From a virus, in IMG/VR virus record IMGVR_UViG_3300042698_000029, positions 89,127 through 153,126 of that record: a DNA stretch of 64,000 nucleotides. One strand, 5' to 3'. Below, piece by piece: positions 44,144 through 54,234 of this stretch; the stretch's first letter is position 1; the number at the start of each line of letters is the position of its first letter. The position numbers and the translations under genes were made by a program. The notes beneath the pieces were generated by a model. That model made no database searches, was not told the DNA's origin, and was given only the letters and a program-made list of their open reading frames with translations.

Positions 44144-46246
44144 CTAGATCAACGTCCAGTTGCCGCTGCCGTCGGGAGCGACCGTGAGGCGATTCCACTG
44201 GTCGGGGAGCGTCGCCGTGGGGCTGCCGTCGATCGTCTGGCTGGAGACGGTGGCGACCGTCACCACGTTCGCGGACGAGTCGATCTTCTTGATCGTGTAC
44301 TGGTTCGGTGTCGCCACCGCAGAGATCAGAGTGACCGTGACCGGACCCGACGCCGCGTTGACCAGGATCGTCTCGTCAATGATCCGGACCGAGGCTGAGG
44401 CTGTGATGGTCCGCACCACCCGGGACTTCTGGCCGTTGATGACCCTCAGGCCGGTGGGCGAGGTCGCCGTCACGCCGCTCTCGGTGAACAGGCCCGTCAG
44501 CTTCACCGTGCCCCGCGCCGCAGCCAGGGCCGCCGAGCTGGTACCGGAGACGGTGAAGTTCGCGGCCTCAGTGGAGCACTGGTCGATGTCGATGGCCGGG
44601 CCGATGCCCCCGCTGCCCACGCCGTAGATGTAGATCTGGTTGACGCACTGCTCAACTGAGCAGGAGATCACCTTCATGGCGTGAACCGAGCCCACCGACC
44701 CCGCGTAGGTACCCACGGCCACCAGGCCCGCCCAGCAGTACAGGGCCATGTACCGGTCCACGATCCCGTGCTCCGTCAGGAACATGGCGTACGTGTAGCC
44801 ACCCTGCACTGAGAGGTTCTTGACGTAGACGAGGTCGTTGTTGCCCGGAGCAGGCAGCATCACCCCGATCGACAGCCCCGTTCCCAGCGTGGTGGGGGAG
44901 ACGTAGTCCGAGCCGGTCACGATGCCTGCGGTGCCGACGGAGACGTTCTCGATCTGTGCGTTGGCGCAGCCCCAGACGTTGATGGCGCCGTACGTCAGAC
45001 CGTGGTCGGAATGGGCGTTGAGCAGGGTCAGGTTCTTGATGATGGGGATGATGTTGGCGTACACCGCGCCGACGCCATAGCCCGAGCCCTCGTTGGGCCC
45101 GCAGATGATCGCAGGGTTGCCGCTGGCGTTGATGTTGGCGATCTGTGCGGCGGGAGAGGCGTACACGTTGAAGGCGATGTAGCCGCCGCCCGCCATCTGC
45201 GGGACCTGCTGCTGCCAGTGCCGGACCGCCGCCCCGCCGTCGGAGGGGCCGGAGAAGGTGATGTGCTTCTTGACGGCCGTTACGGGATTTGTGCCGAAGA
45301 CGAGCAGGCCGTTGCCCGACTTGTTGGTGCGCAGAGCTCCGGCCAGAGCGCAGAACCGGGGGGTGAAGACCTCCGCGTGGGTGTTGCCCGCTGCGAGGTA
45401 CGCTTCGGCGGCGTCGATGGCCGCGTTGCAGGCCGCCGTGTCATCGGTACCGAAGAAGACGGGCTGGTTGGTGGCGGTGGTCACGGCAGGCGCCGCGATC
45501 GTGACGGAGTTGGCGCTGGCCACAGCGGTGATGGTGGTGCTGTGGGCGGTCACGCCGGTGGTTCCGGCCCGGTTGACCAGGACCGCCATGCCCACGGTGG
45601 CCCCGGCGAAGCCGCCAGAGGCGCTGGTGAGCGTGGTGGAAGCGGCGGTGATGGTGCCGTCGGCGATCATCTTGACGTCGCCCTTGGCGCCGTACTTGGT
45701 GACGTCGAAGAACCACGGGGGGCTGAGGGCGGTGAGGTTGCCCGTGAGCGTCCAGCTGCCGGAGTAGGTGTAGATGTCGCCGGTCAGCGTGTTGAGGTAC
45801 ATGTCGCCGGTGGCTGCCGACCCGGAGGGGGCACCCGCGCCGGTGGTCCACACGGTTCCGGGAGTACCTGCCGTACCGGCCGGGCCGGTTGCGCCCGTGG
45901 GCCCGGCGGGACCCGTCGCGCCGGTGGCTCCGTCGGCGCCTTCCTCGGCTACAAGCTCCCACGGGAAAGTGGGCGGGGAGACACCCGGGGTGATGTCATC
46001 GGTGGCCAGGTAGGTACTGCCGCCGAGACGAGCCAGGTCGCCTTCGAGGTAGGTGTTCTCCGACTCCCAGGTCCCCCGCCACGAGTCGAGGAAAGAACCC
46101 GATTCTCCGGCTGGCCCAGCGGGACCCGTGGCTCCGGTGGCGCCTGTAGCGCCCGTGGCCCCGGTCGCCCCGGCGGGACCTGCTGGCCCTGTGGGTCCGG
46201 CGGGCCCCGGGATGCCGAATCCTCCGCACTCGGTGGGGTAGGTCAC
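44144..46246 (-). CDS. collagen-repeat tailspike/fibre-like protein with pectate-lyase-like beta-helix
   Basis: Gxy repeats, WRGTW module, FDVTKYGAKGD...GTDDTAA motif. GAAGGAG RBS + GTG. Confidence 0.75.
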   Translation of the reverse strand: MTYPTECGGFGIPGPAGPTGPAGPAGATGATGATGATGATGPAGPAGESGSFLDSWRGTWESENTYLEGDLARLGGSTYLATDDITPGVSPPTFPWELVAEEGADGATGATGPAGPTGATGPAGTAGTPGTVWTTGAGAPSGSAATGDMYLNTLTGDIYTYSGSWTLTGNLTALSPPWFFDVTKYGAKGDVKMIADGTITAASTTLTSASGGFAGATVGMAVLVNRAGTTGVTAHSTTITAVASANSVTIAAPAVTTATNQPVFFGTDDTAACNAAIDAAEAYLAAGNTHAEVFTPRFCALAGALRTNKSGNGLLVFGTNPVTAVKKHITFSGPSDGGAAVRHWQQQVPQMAGGGYIAFNVYASPAAQIANINASGNPAIICGPNEGSGYGVGAVYANIIPIIKNLTLLNAHSDHGLTYGAINVWGCANAQIENVSVGTAGIVTGSDYVSPTTLGTGLSIGVMLPAPGNNDLVYVKNLSVQGGYTYAMFLTEHGIVDRYMALYCWAGLVAVGTYAGSVGSVHAMKVISCSVEQCVNQIYIYGVGSGGIGPAIDIDQCSTEAANFTVSGTSSAALAAARGTVKLTGLFTESGVTATSPTGLRVINGQKSRVVRTITASASVRIIDETILVNAASGPVTVTLISAVATPNQYTIKKIDSSANVVTVATVSSQTIDGSPTATLPDQWNRLTVAPDGSGNWTLI

Positions 46247-46460
46247 GGCATCTCCTTCGAGGCAGGTCAAATCGCCCTTACAGGATATGCCGGTAGATCG
46301 GGGATGCTCAGTGACAACTCGGACAGAAACGCCTTGGGTGACGCCGGAAGTGACCCAGGTCACGCTCGTACTGCCCAGTACTGGACACTGCGCTCCACCG
46401 AAAATCGCGAGGATCTTCTCAGTCGCCGCGAGAACGCGGTCTCCGGAAGGGAAAACTCAG

Positions 46461-46718
46461 ATGGCAACGGTGCGCATCAACGAAGTCGGGTTCCTCAACG
46501 AGGACACCATGAGGCAGTCGATCGGACGGCTCGGTCTGGCGACCCTGCCCAGCGGGGTGAGTCCTCTCGCCACCGCCACGCTGGTCCGCCTCACCTGCCA
46601 GGCCCACGGCGTACAGGTCGCAGGCTTATCCCGCGAGTACGAGGAGACCCTGCTGAAGGAGCTGGCCTCGATCAAGCTGATCTTCTGGCCCGGCGGCAAC
46701 GTGGTGCAGATGGTCTGA
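46461..46718 (+). CDS. hypothetical protein (85 aa)
   Basis: GAAGGG RBS before MATVRINE. Confidence 0.55.
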   Translation: MATVRINEVGFLNEDTMRQSIGRLGLATLPSGVSPLATATLVRLTCQAHGVQVAGLSREYEETLLKELASIKLIFWPGGNVVQMV

Positions 46719-46766
46719 GAAAAGCCGAACACCCCCACCCTGTCCAGGCGGGGGTGTTCGGAGGCG

Positions 46767-47148
46767 CTAGAACAGCCGACGAAGGGCCTCGGTTGCCTTC
46801 TCAATGTCAGCGAACTTCTCCAGGGCCAGGTCGAGCATGAACTGGATGGCCACCTCGTCCTCAACCGGGAGGACGGCCTCCCCGTTGAGCGCGAGGAACG
46901 AGATCATCGCCACCCATCCGGTTCTCTTATTGGCGTCCACCAGTGGGTGGTTACGCGCAATCCCCTCACCGAGAGCGAGAGCCTTGGTCCAGACATCGGG
47001 GTACACGTCCTGGCCGCCGTAGCTGGATTGCGGCCGGAACACCGCTCACCGCTGATGACAGGAGGCCCCAGTCACGTACAACTACGGGAAACCCGAGGGC
47101 TTCCTCCGTAGCCGCTAAGACAGCGTCCTCGTCGGGGTAGTGGATCAC
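46767..47148 (-). pseudogene. doc: Doc/Fic toxin gene frameshifted by a 7-bp tandem duplication
   Basis: N-part VRDWGLLSSAV and C-part FRPQ...NHPLVDANKRTG lie in different frames. AGCGGTG is duplicated at 47040-47053. Confidence 0.85.
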
Positions 47149-47267
47149 CGGTCGGCCAGCTTCTTCAGCAGCGTCCCGTGGACCTTGCCGATCTTCTTGC
47201 CGATCTCCCGCATCTTGGCCCGCATCTCGTCCTTCGTCATCGGGCGCTCCTCGGTCGCTACGCTCAT
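47145..47267 (-). CDS. 40-aa antitoxin of the Doc toxin
   Basis: Manual translation ...KVHGTLLKKLADR, GAAGGAGG RBS, GTGA overlap with doc. Confidence 0.65.
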   Translation of the reverse strand: MSVATEERPMTKDEMRAKMREIGKKIGKVHGTLLKKLADR

Positions 47268-47351
47268 GTTTCCTCCTTCGGGTAGTCAGATACTCACACG
47301 AAAATGCCCCTGTTCCCAAGGGGACAGGGGCATGATCTGAGTCACACCTGA

Positions 47352-47586
47352 TTAGTACAGCGAGCCATCCGGAGCAGGTTCGACCGGCAGGAATTCGTTG
47401 CCGGACAGGTAGTTCTCGAAGCTCTTCGCGACGGTCACCGTTCCCTGGGCGATTTGCTCGGGAGTCAGGGTGCCCGCGTCAGGGGCGTGGGCGGTGAGGA
47501 TCTCCACCGCACGTTCCAGGGAGTCGGACCGCAGGGACCGCGCCGGGTCCTCCCAGTCGCCGTCGCCGCATTCCTGAATGGTCATG
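47352..47586 (-). CDS. hypothetical acidic protein
   Basis: GGAGG RBS before MTIQEC. Confidence 0.45.
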
Positions 47587-47683
47587 TTGCCTCCGTAGGT
47601 CAAGAACATCATGGCGCAGGAAGGCCCTGTCCAGGCGTACCCGGACAGGGCCTTCATGTTGTCCGCCGCCGGACAGTTTTCGC

Positions 47684-48511
47684 TCAGCCCTCGGGGGCGA
47701 ACGGAATCGTGACCTCCTGGGAGACCGTGCGGACGGGCTCGTCCACGTCGGTGACGGTCACCGTGTACGTGCCGTCGCCGTAGGTGTGCTCGGTGTTCGT
47801 GGTGCCGTCACCCGGGTTGGTCTCGTCCGCGAGGCCGTCGCCGAAGGAGATGGTCACCTCTCCCGCACCCTTGTTGTCGGCGAGGATCGACGCGCGGCGG
47901 CGGGTGGGGTCACCGGCGTCGGCCGAGATAGAGACCTCCAGGTCTCCGGTAGCCGTGGAAAACGGGACGATCACCTCGTAGGTCGCCGAGCGCTCCGGCT
48001 CGTCCACGTCGGTCACGGTGACGGTGTAGGTTCCGGCCGCTGCGAACAAGTGGGACGTCGTGGTGGTGCCGTCGCCGTTGTTGGTGCCGCCCGGGGTACC
48101 GTCGCCGAAGTCGACGGCGAGACCGCCCTTGCCGTAGTTGTTGGCGGAGATGAGCACCGACATGCGAGTGACGTCGGCGGTGTCCTCGATCACATCCAGC
48201 GAAACGGCGCCGGGGACCATGGAGTCCTGGCGGGCCTTGAGGCCGATCTCGTCCGGACCCTGGGAGAACCCGGAGACCGTTCCCTTGAAGATCATCTGGC
48301 CGTTGCGGTCGTAGAGGATCACCTTTCCGGTGCCCGGCCACGCCCCTCGGACGGCCAGGTACTCCTCGGCGTCGTCGGCGAGCTGAACGGGGTTCCACGT
48401 GACTTCGAGAACGAGACCCTCGTCCTCGGTGTCGACGCGGACTTCCCTGGGCTTGGTGTTGATTTCGACTTCGCTCTCGTCCTCGCGGACAAAGACGATC
48501 TTTTGGATCAT
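47684..48511 (-). CDS. PKD-domain protein (two Ig-like PKD repeats)
   Basis: Two DFGDG/SFGDG...H.[FY]...GTYTVTVTD repeats. Confidence 0.85.
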   Translation of the reverse strand: MIQKIVFVREDESEVEINTKPREVRVDTEDEGLVLEVTWNPVQLADDAEEYLAVRGAWPGTGKVILYDRNGQMIFKGTVSGFSQGPDEIGLKARQDSMVPGAVSLDVIEDTADVTRMSVLISANNYGKGGLAVDFGDGTPGGTNNGDGTTTTSHLFAAAGTYTVTVTDVDEPERSATYEVIVPFSTATGDLEVSISADAGDPTRRRASILADNKGAGEVTISFGDGLADETNPGDGTTNTEHTYGDGTYTVTVTDVDEPVRTVSQEVTIPFAPEG

Positions 48512-48718
48512 GAACTGCTCCCGGGTAGCGTTCCGTCCGGAACGTGACGTTCCTACCGAAATGGTCTCTTACCTAGCAGTGTTGGGTCAAATGCGCAAGA
48601 AAACCCGCCCGGTGTGTGGAGGCACCGGACGGGTTCGGGGGTGAGGAGCAAAGTCCTGGGGCTGCTGCTGTCAGCCCGGCCCGGAGGGCCACCCGGCGGA
48701 CAGATTACCCGAGAACGA

Positions 48719-48982
48719 TCAGCCCTGGACGCCCGACGTGCCCGTGACCTGCGTACGGGAGTGGTCGGACATGACGTTGACCGCGTTGGTGTCCCTCAGG
48801 CTGAGCAGCGCCTCGGCGTTGTCCACGCTGGAGCCGGTGGTGTTGTCGGGAGCCGGGAGGATCAAGCCGGTCACCTTCTTCAGGGCGTTCGGACCCGTGG
48901 GCAGCGGGGCGGCGGTCGCGGGTCCGGCTGCCGAGGCCACGGCTGCGGCGGTGAGCGCTGCTGCGGTGAGGATCATGCGCAT
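48719..48982 (-). CDS. small secreted protein
   Basis: Ala-rich signal peptide with ATA-A cleavage site, GGAG RBS. Confidence 0.6.
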   Translation of the reverse strand: MRMILTAAALTAAAVASAAGPATAAPLPTGPNALKKVTGLILPAPDNTTGSSVDNAEALLSLRDTNAVNVMSDHSRTQVTGTSGVQG

Positions 48983-49154
48983 GGGAGCTCCAGGGTGTGA
49001 GTTGCTGGCAGAAGCTGTGCGGGACGGAACCTACCGCAGCCGCGCACCCATCCTGAAACACCCCTGTTCGCTTCTTAGGGCCTTCGAACCCCCGGGTGGG
49101 GGTGGGGGACCCATAAGTAGAGTTAGGCCCGCAGAAGGCCGTATGGACCCCTTC

Positions 49155-49628
49155 TCAGGCCGTTGTGCCAGAGATCCCCGAGTACGAGAACCGAGAGTCC
49201 CACTTGTGAGCGGGGAACCAGCCGATGGGGCGCACCACATTCACGTTCTCCTTGGGGGCCGTCGACAGGTCGAAGACCGCCCGGTCGGCCAGCCCCTCGG
49301 GAAGGGTGATCCAGTACTTGGTCCAGTGGGAGTTCCGGAAGTGCTGCTCCACGCAGTACTTCCAGATGAACGGGGTGCTCGCGCCGGGGTAGATGTTGGG
49401 GTCGTAGGGGTTGAGCACTTCGGCCCGTGCTGATCCGTCCCCTCCGAGGATCAGCTGGGTCGTGGACAGCACCATCGTGTAGTCCACCCCGGCCGGAAGC
49501 GCTGTGATCAGGGCCGGGTCGGGAGACACGAAGACCTCCCCCTGGTGCGGGGCGCCACTGGGCCTCAGCCACCGCCCCGCCAAGACAACACGCAGGAATC
49601 CGTCAGGGAGCATCCCGGTCACCTCCAT
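49155..49628 (-). CDS. hypothetical protein resembling a fibre N-terminal/baseplate-attachment domain
   Basis: V.LAGRWLRPSGAP.QG.V...P...G.G.A...V...DPNI.P....W.Y pattern. Confidence 0.4.
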   Translation of the reverse strand: MEVTGMLPDGFLRVVLAGRWLRPSGAPHQGEVFVSPDPALITALPAGVDYTMVLSTTQLILGGDGSARAEVLNPYDPNIYPGASTPFIWKYCVEQHFRNSHWTKYWITLPEGLADRAVFDLSTAPKENVNVVRPIGWFPAHKWDSRFSYSGISGTTA

Positions 49629-49801
49629 CGTCGTGACCAGGATCTCACTCGTCCGTGGGGATGACCTCTTTGGTGATCTAACTTCTTGCAGGATCGGGGA
49701 CCAGCAGAAGGGCCCCAAAAGGGTTTTGCGCAGGAACTGGGTAGGTCACGTACCGCTGGCCAGGCCCGAGCCGTAGCGGTGCCGTGGACAGACACCGGGG
49801 A

Positions 49802-50119
49802 TCAACGGTTGCCGGTCCAGACGATGCGCTCCCTGAACCCGCCCCTCTCCTCGGCCTTGGATGCCCGGAGCCCCTCCAGCTGCGCCGGGTTGATTCCGAG
49901 ATCGGCCGCGAGGGCGAAGACGACCTCCAGGACGTCTGCGAGCTCCTCGGGGGCGTCGGTCTCGTCCGCCTCCAGGTACTCCGCCACCTCTTCACTGAGC
50001 TTTGCGCGGAGTCGCTGCCGGTACTCGGCCGGGTCAGCGACGTAGACCTCCGGCTCGGCCCCACCCGCGCGGATGATCCGGGGAATTCGGTCTCTTACCA
50101 ACTTGCCCTTGGTGAGCAC
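49802..50119 (-). CDS. MazG-like nucleoside triphosphate pyrophosphohydrolase
   Basis: KLVRDRIP, KLSEEVAEY, EELADVLEV and K..ERGGF motifs. Confidence 0.9.
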   Translation of the reverse strand: MLTKGKLVRDRIPRIIRAGGAEPEVYVADPAEYRQRLRAKLSEEVAEYLEADETDAPEELADVLEVVFALAADLGINPAQLEGLRASKAEERGGFRERIVWTGNR

Positions 50120-50266
50120 GTACTTCTCCTTCCACTGGACCGACTCGGCCCTCTCAAGGCCTGTCACGGCCTCCTCCTCAGTCCGGAGAACCTACAACAG
50201 GCGTCGGGTGTTCGACAGGCCCTCCGTGTTCGACTTTCTCACGCTACGCATTGTCATACCGCAGGT

Positions 50267-50473
50267 GGGGTCCTGGGGTCCCTCCGAGTGGTGGGGTCCT
50301 CGCTCTAGGGACCCCACTTGCAGTAATACCAGCTCACAGGTTTGACGTGTCCCTATCACATAGGATGGGGATGTCCTTTTTGTTTTGTTTTATACACATG
50401 TAAAGGGTGGGGTCCCTCACCCAAGGACCCCACCGGGACCCCAGTGCAGGGACCCCAGGGACCCCAGGACCCC
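50267..50473. repeat. iteron-like GGACCCC array with central AT-rich segment (candidate replication origin 2)
   Basis: Ten GGACCCC/GGGGTCC copies at 50267, 50275, 50293, 50309, 50409, 50425, 50436, 50450, 50459 and 50467, around the T-rich segment at 50377-50404. Confidence 0.8.
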
Positions 50474-50538
50474 ACCAGCTACCGAGAGTGACGAAAAAGC
50501 CCCCGGCGATCACCGGGGGCTTTCGTTCTGTTCGATTT

Positions 50539-52116
50539 CTAGCGAGGCGTGTACTTGCCCTCTCCGTTATCCGCCAGGAGCTTGTTCTCGACCGCGTACC
50601 GGACCGTCCAGCGGGCCAGCCCGCCCTTGGCCTTCTCCTTCTCCCAGTCCCCTCCGGCGATCACGCAGCTCTCTTCCCACTCCGTCACCTCCGACTTGGT
50701 CAGCCGGTCCCGGATCTCGACCTGGGAAAGGGGCTTGAGCCTGCACTTCGCCGTGATCTTGTGCGCCACCCGGGCCACGATCTCCGGCCACGTGCCCGGC
50801 GTACCCATGGCGTCCGCGTTCTCCCGCACCCGCTCAGCACGGGACTTCCGCCCGGCCTCCTCGACCCGGCCCTCGGTTTCAACCCTGCTCTGGAAGGACG
50901 TGAGGACCTCCGCAGCGCGGTGAGTCACGGACCCGAAGCCACGCGCTACCGCCCAGTCCTCTTCGCTGATCTCGTAAGAGCACCGCATCAGGGCCGACTG
51001 CGCGGCCACCCGGTACAGGGCCAGAGTGGCGTGCGAGGCACGCGGGTCCTCCAGGGTGAGGCCACCCGACAGAGACGAGGCCAGGATCGTCAGCTCGTCC
51101 CCCATGACCTCCGGCATGGAGAGGACGACGCCCTCCTCGTCCGCCCCCACACGGACGCAAAAGTCCACCACGTCCCCGAACGAGTCCGGGAAGCCGGGAC
51201 GCTCCCTGCGGGCCTCCAGAGCCGCTGCACGGAGGCTTTCCGGGACGGCCTGGCCCCGGCTGAGCAGACGCCCCACCTCCAGCACCGCCTCGTCCTCGGA
51301 CGCGGTGACCACGGGGACGATCATGTTGCGCTGGTAGAAGCCGGTCGTGTGTCCGGCCACCTCCGCGAAGATCTCCCCCTGGTAGTAGGCGGTGATCCCC
51401 AGAACGTACTTCTGCGCCGGAACCACGCGGTGGTGTTCATCGGAGGCCGTGTCGTTGCGGATCTCGTCGCCGACGTACGCGTCCAGGAGGTTCGACTCCA
51501 GCTCCAGCGCCTGGTTACCCCGGGAGCTGGACTTGCTCATGGCGCTGAGGAGGACCGCCCCCTCGGAATAGGACAGTTCGGTCCGGGGGACGCATCCCCA
51601 CGCAAACTCCGGGGTTCCGGGCTGTGGACCCATGATGTCGTCCTCGTCCTCCGAGAGGACGATTTTCCGGAGCATGCGCGCCAGGAGGGCGGAACCGTTG
51701 GCCGGGCGCAGCGTCTGGAATCCGAAGTCGAACTCCTCCACGTCCTCGGCGGACACAAAGACCGGCAGGGATGGCTTCGCCAGCGCTGCGGGGACGGGCA
51801 TGAGCCGGTCTCGCGCCGACATGGTGGTGTTGGAGCCCGCGCCGGAGAACGCCACCAGAGCGTAGAACCCGCCGAGGTGCACTGGACTCTTCTGGGGGTT
51901 GGGCTGTCCCAGAACGCGAGGCCCCGCAAGGATCCCGGCTCGGTTGAAGCAGGCTGCGGCCAGCCCTTCCGGCTTGACGCCTACCGCATCAGCGGCTTCC
52001 TTGATCCGCGCCATGTGCGGAAGGGCCCACAACTCCTCCGGAAGACCGATGTCACGGAGCTGGAGCGCCAGGGCCGATCGCTGTTCCGGAGTCAATTTCA
52101 GTGTGGTGCTGGTCAC
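50539..52116 (-). CDS. second Rep-like protein, divergent relative of 6949-8667 (degenerate P-loop)
   Basis: ALVAFSGAGSN at the Walker A position, YYQGE and QRNM at matching positions, C-terminal wHTH. Followed by a terminator and an iteron array. Confidence 0.55.
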   Translation of the reverse strand: MTSTTLKLTPEQRSALALQLRDIGLPEELWALPHMARIKEAADAVGVKPEGLAAACFNRAGILAGPRVLGQPNPQKSPVHLGGFYALVAFSGAGSNTTMSARDRLMPVPAALAKPSLPVFVSAEDVEEFDFGFQTLRPANGSALLARMLRKIVLSEDEDDIMGPQPGTPEFAWGCVPRTELSYSEGAVLLSAMSKSSSRGNQALELESNLLDAYVGDEIRNDTASDEHHRVVPAQKYVLGITAYYQGEIFAEVAGHTTGFYQRNMIVPVVTASEDEAVLEVGRLLSRGQAVPESLRAAALEARRERPGFPDSFGDVVDFCVRVGADEEGVVLSMPEVMGDELTILASSLSGGLTLEDPRASHATLALYRVAAQSALMRCSYEISEEDWAVARGFGSVTHRAAEVLTSFQSRVETEGRVEEAGRKSRAERVRENADAMGTPGTWPEIVARVAHKITAKCRLKPLSQVEIRDRLTKSEVTEWEESCVIAGGDWEKEKAKGGLARWTVRYAVENKLLADNGEGKYTPR

Positions 52117-52291
52117 TTTTCTTCCTCTCCTGAGGAAGAGCCCTGGGTTCACCACGCCGTTATCGGGTAGAGTCGTCTCAACGAAGCGAGCTGCACTCTA
52201 TTCGTGTGATGGAGCTCCAGAGTCTTCCAGTGGGTAGCTGGCGATGACTCCTTGAAGGACCCCGGTTCCGACGCCGGGGTCCTTCACTCTT

Positions 52292-52534
52292 TCACGCGCC
52301 GGGGACATCCTCCGGCAGGGACGCGAGGCGGATCTGCTCGGCCGTGAGGGTTCCCGTCCGCAGCATCCGTTCCACTGCCTCCAGGACCTTCGCCGCCGTC
52401 GCGGAACGGCTCGCGGCTCCGATCTGAGGGCCCAGCTCGTCCAGGGTGCGGCGGTGGTGGTTGTTCAGCGTCATGGAGGACGCGGTGAGCTTGTCGTCCT
52501 CGTGGATGTCCTGCTTCGGCCTTCCCAGTGCCAT
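52292..52534 (-). CDS. ribbon-helix-helix-like regulator
   Basis: GRPK...SMTL....RTLDEL.....SRSA pattern, upstream of the Rep-like gene. Confidence 0.55.
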   Translation of the reverse strand: MALGRPKQDIHEDDKLTASSMTLNNHHRRTLDELGPQIGAASRSATAAKVLEAVERMLRTGTLTAEQIRLASLPEDVPGA

Positions 52535-52675
52535 GGGAGTTCCCTTCCTCTTCGTCGTTTCACATAACATAGCCCTCTCGAAAGAGGGGGTGGAAGGGAA
52601 AGACCGTGTGACCTACCCCACACATGCAGGAAGGCCGGACCTCCGAAGAGACCCGGCCTTCCTGACCTGCGACAA

Positions 52676-53179
52676 TCACCTCGTGGAGGTGTCCCTCAGG
52701 TTCTCCTGCGCCGCGATGCGGGACTTCGTTTGGCGAATCTCCGCCTCCTTCTCGCGCAGCTTGATGGCCAGTTGACCCCTCCGCTCCTCCAGCTGCACCA
52801 GCCGACGGCTCAAGCGCAGGATCTCTGCCTCCGCCTTCTGCTTCACCGTGCGCTCGACCTTACGGCCCTTGTTCTTGCCGGTGGCCGCGTTGCGCTCCTT
52901 CTCCAGCCACTCCGCGAATTCCTCGATCTTCGAGCGGAGTACCCATTCCCGGGCCCCGTACTTCACCACCGAGCGCGGGAACTCGCGACTGTAGTTGGAC
53001 CGCCGCGAGGACACCAGGGCCGGAGTGCACCCCAGGATCTTCGCCTGCTCCTCGCGGTCGGCTACCAGGTCCCAGCGGCCGGTCAGCTCGGAGTGGAGCC
53101 ACACAACGAGAGAGGGGTTCTTGATCACTTCCGGCACCTGGATGAAGTCGGGCGCCGGAGGGATGATCATGTCGGTCAT
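52676..53179 (-). CDS. HTH plus coiled-coil protein
   Basis: EQAKILGCTPALVS..R.....FP HTH and a heptad C-terminus. Confidence 0.6.
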   Translation of the reverse strand: MTDMIIPPAPDFIQVPEVIKNPSLVVWLHSELTGRWDLVADREEQAKILGCTPALVSSRRSNYSREFPRSVVKYGAREWVLRSKIEEFAEWLEKERNAATGKNKGRKVERTVKQKAEAEILRLSRRLVQLEERRGQLAIKLREKEAEIRQTKSRIAAQENLRDTSTR

Positions 53180-54234
53180 GCGGACATCTCCTTGTACCAC
53201 TGCTGAAGCTGAGCCGGGCGCCAGATTTCGCCGAGCCCCAGGTTGGTGGGCGCGAGCTTGTCCAGCTGCTTGTCGTCCAGGAAGTTGCGCAGCCCCGACC
53301 GGACGAGGTTGGCGTACATGACCTCGTCACGCTTGGAGATCTTCGTGGTGCCGTTGCGGTTGCGCTCGTTGCGCACCCTGTAGGCGTGGGTGCGTACCCG
53401 GTCGCGCGGATCGGACGGCTCCAGCACCATCGAGGTGTCCATGAGCGGGTTCAGGAACTCCTGCACCCTGGAGTAGTCCGCACCCGCGCGGTAGGCCGCC
53501 ACCATGTGGGAGAGCAGCGTCTTCGCCGGGATGCCCGTGCGGTTCTTGGCGACCATCACTTCCTGGTACCAGCCGCTTCCCAGCTCGGGGAACAGGGACT
53601 CCAGGAACAGCAGCCGGTCGATGTCGGCACGCTCATCCATCAGGTTGACCTTCTCGCGCCCTTCCAGCATGGGGGAGAGGTACTTCAGGGTGACGGCTTC
53701 GCGCTTGGCGTCCGGCAGACTCAGGAACTGGTGGCCCTGCCGCCCGAGGCCGGTGTCGATGTTGGAGAACGACGACCACGGCACGTTGCCGGTGACGGGA
53801 AGCGACGGCGCTTCAAACCTCAGCCCCTCCTTCGAGGCGATCATGTACGCCAGGAGGATCGCGCAGAAACGGTGCTGGCCGTCCAGGACGTACCCGTCCG
53901 GAGTGAAGTCGGCCCCCTTGGGGGTCAGCATGTCCCACTTCCCCGAGAGGATCTTCTCGCGCGCGAACTTGGTGATCTCGTTGATCGAGATGTCGCGGTT
54001 GATCCGGCTGTCGTCGCGGAAGTCGGACGGTGTCTGATTCTTGCGGAAGATGCGGTTGACGACAATGTCGTATGCGAGCTCCCGCGTGACCTTCATCCGA
54101 CCCAGCGGAACCGACGGCGTACCGTCGATAAACGCCGGAAGGTCGTTACCCGGGAGCTCGAACCGAGCTGCCCGAGGATCCGACGAGAAATCGATGTTCA
54201 GTAGCCGCTCCAGCGGCGAGCGTGTCTCAGCCAT
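53176..54234 (-). CDS. ParB/Srx-like (DGQHR) domain protein
   Basis: NR.I...G.W......DFTPDGYVLDGQHRFCAI...IDTG..R motif. Confidence 0.7.
   Translation of the reverse strand: MAETRSPLERLLNIDFSSDPRAARFELPGNDLPAFIDGTPSVPLGRMKVTRELAYDIVVNRIFRKNQTPSDFRDDSRINRDISINEITKFAREKILSGKWDMLTPKGADFTPDGYVLDGQHRFCAILLAYMIASKEGLRFEAPSLPVTGNVPWSSFSNIDTGLGRQGHQFLSLPDAKREAVTLKYLSPMLEGREKVNLMDERADIDRLLFLESLFPELGSGWYQEVMVAKNRTGIPAKTLLSHMVAAYRAGADYSRVQEFLNPLMDTSMVLEPSDPRDRVRTHAYRVRNERNRNGTTKISKRDEVMYANLVRSGLRNFLDDKQLDKLAPTNLGLGEIWRPAQLQQWYKEMSA

Noticed and set aside
53176-54234. DGQHR protein as part of a Dnd phosphorothioation or ParABS system
   Set aside because: No dnd genes or parA are in the window. Only the ParB-like motif is supported.
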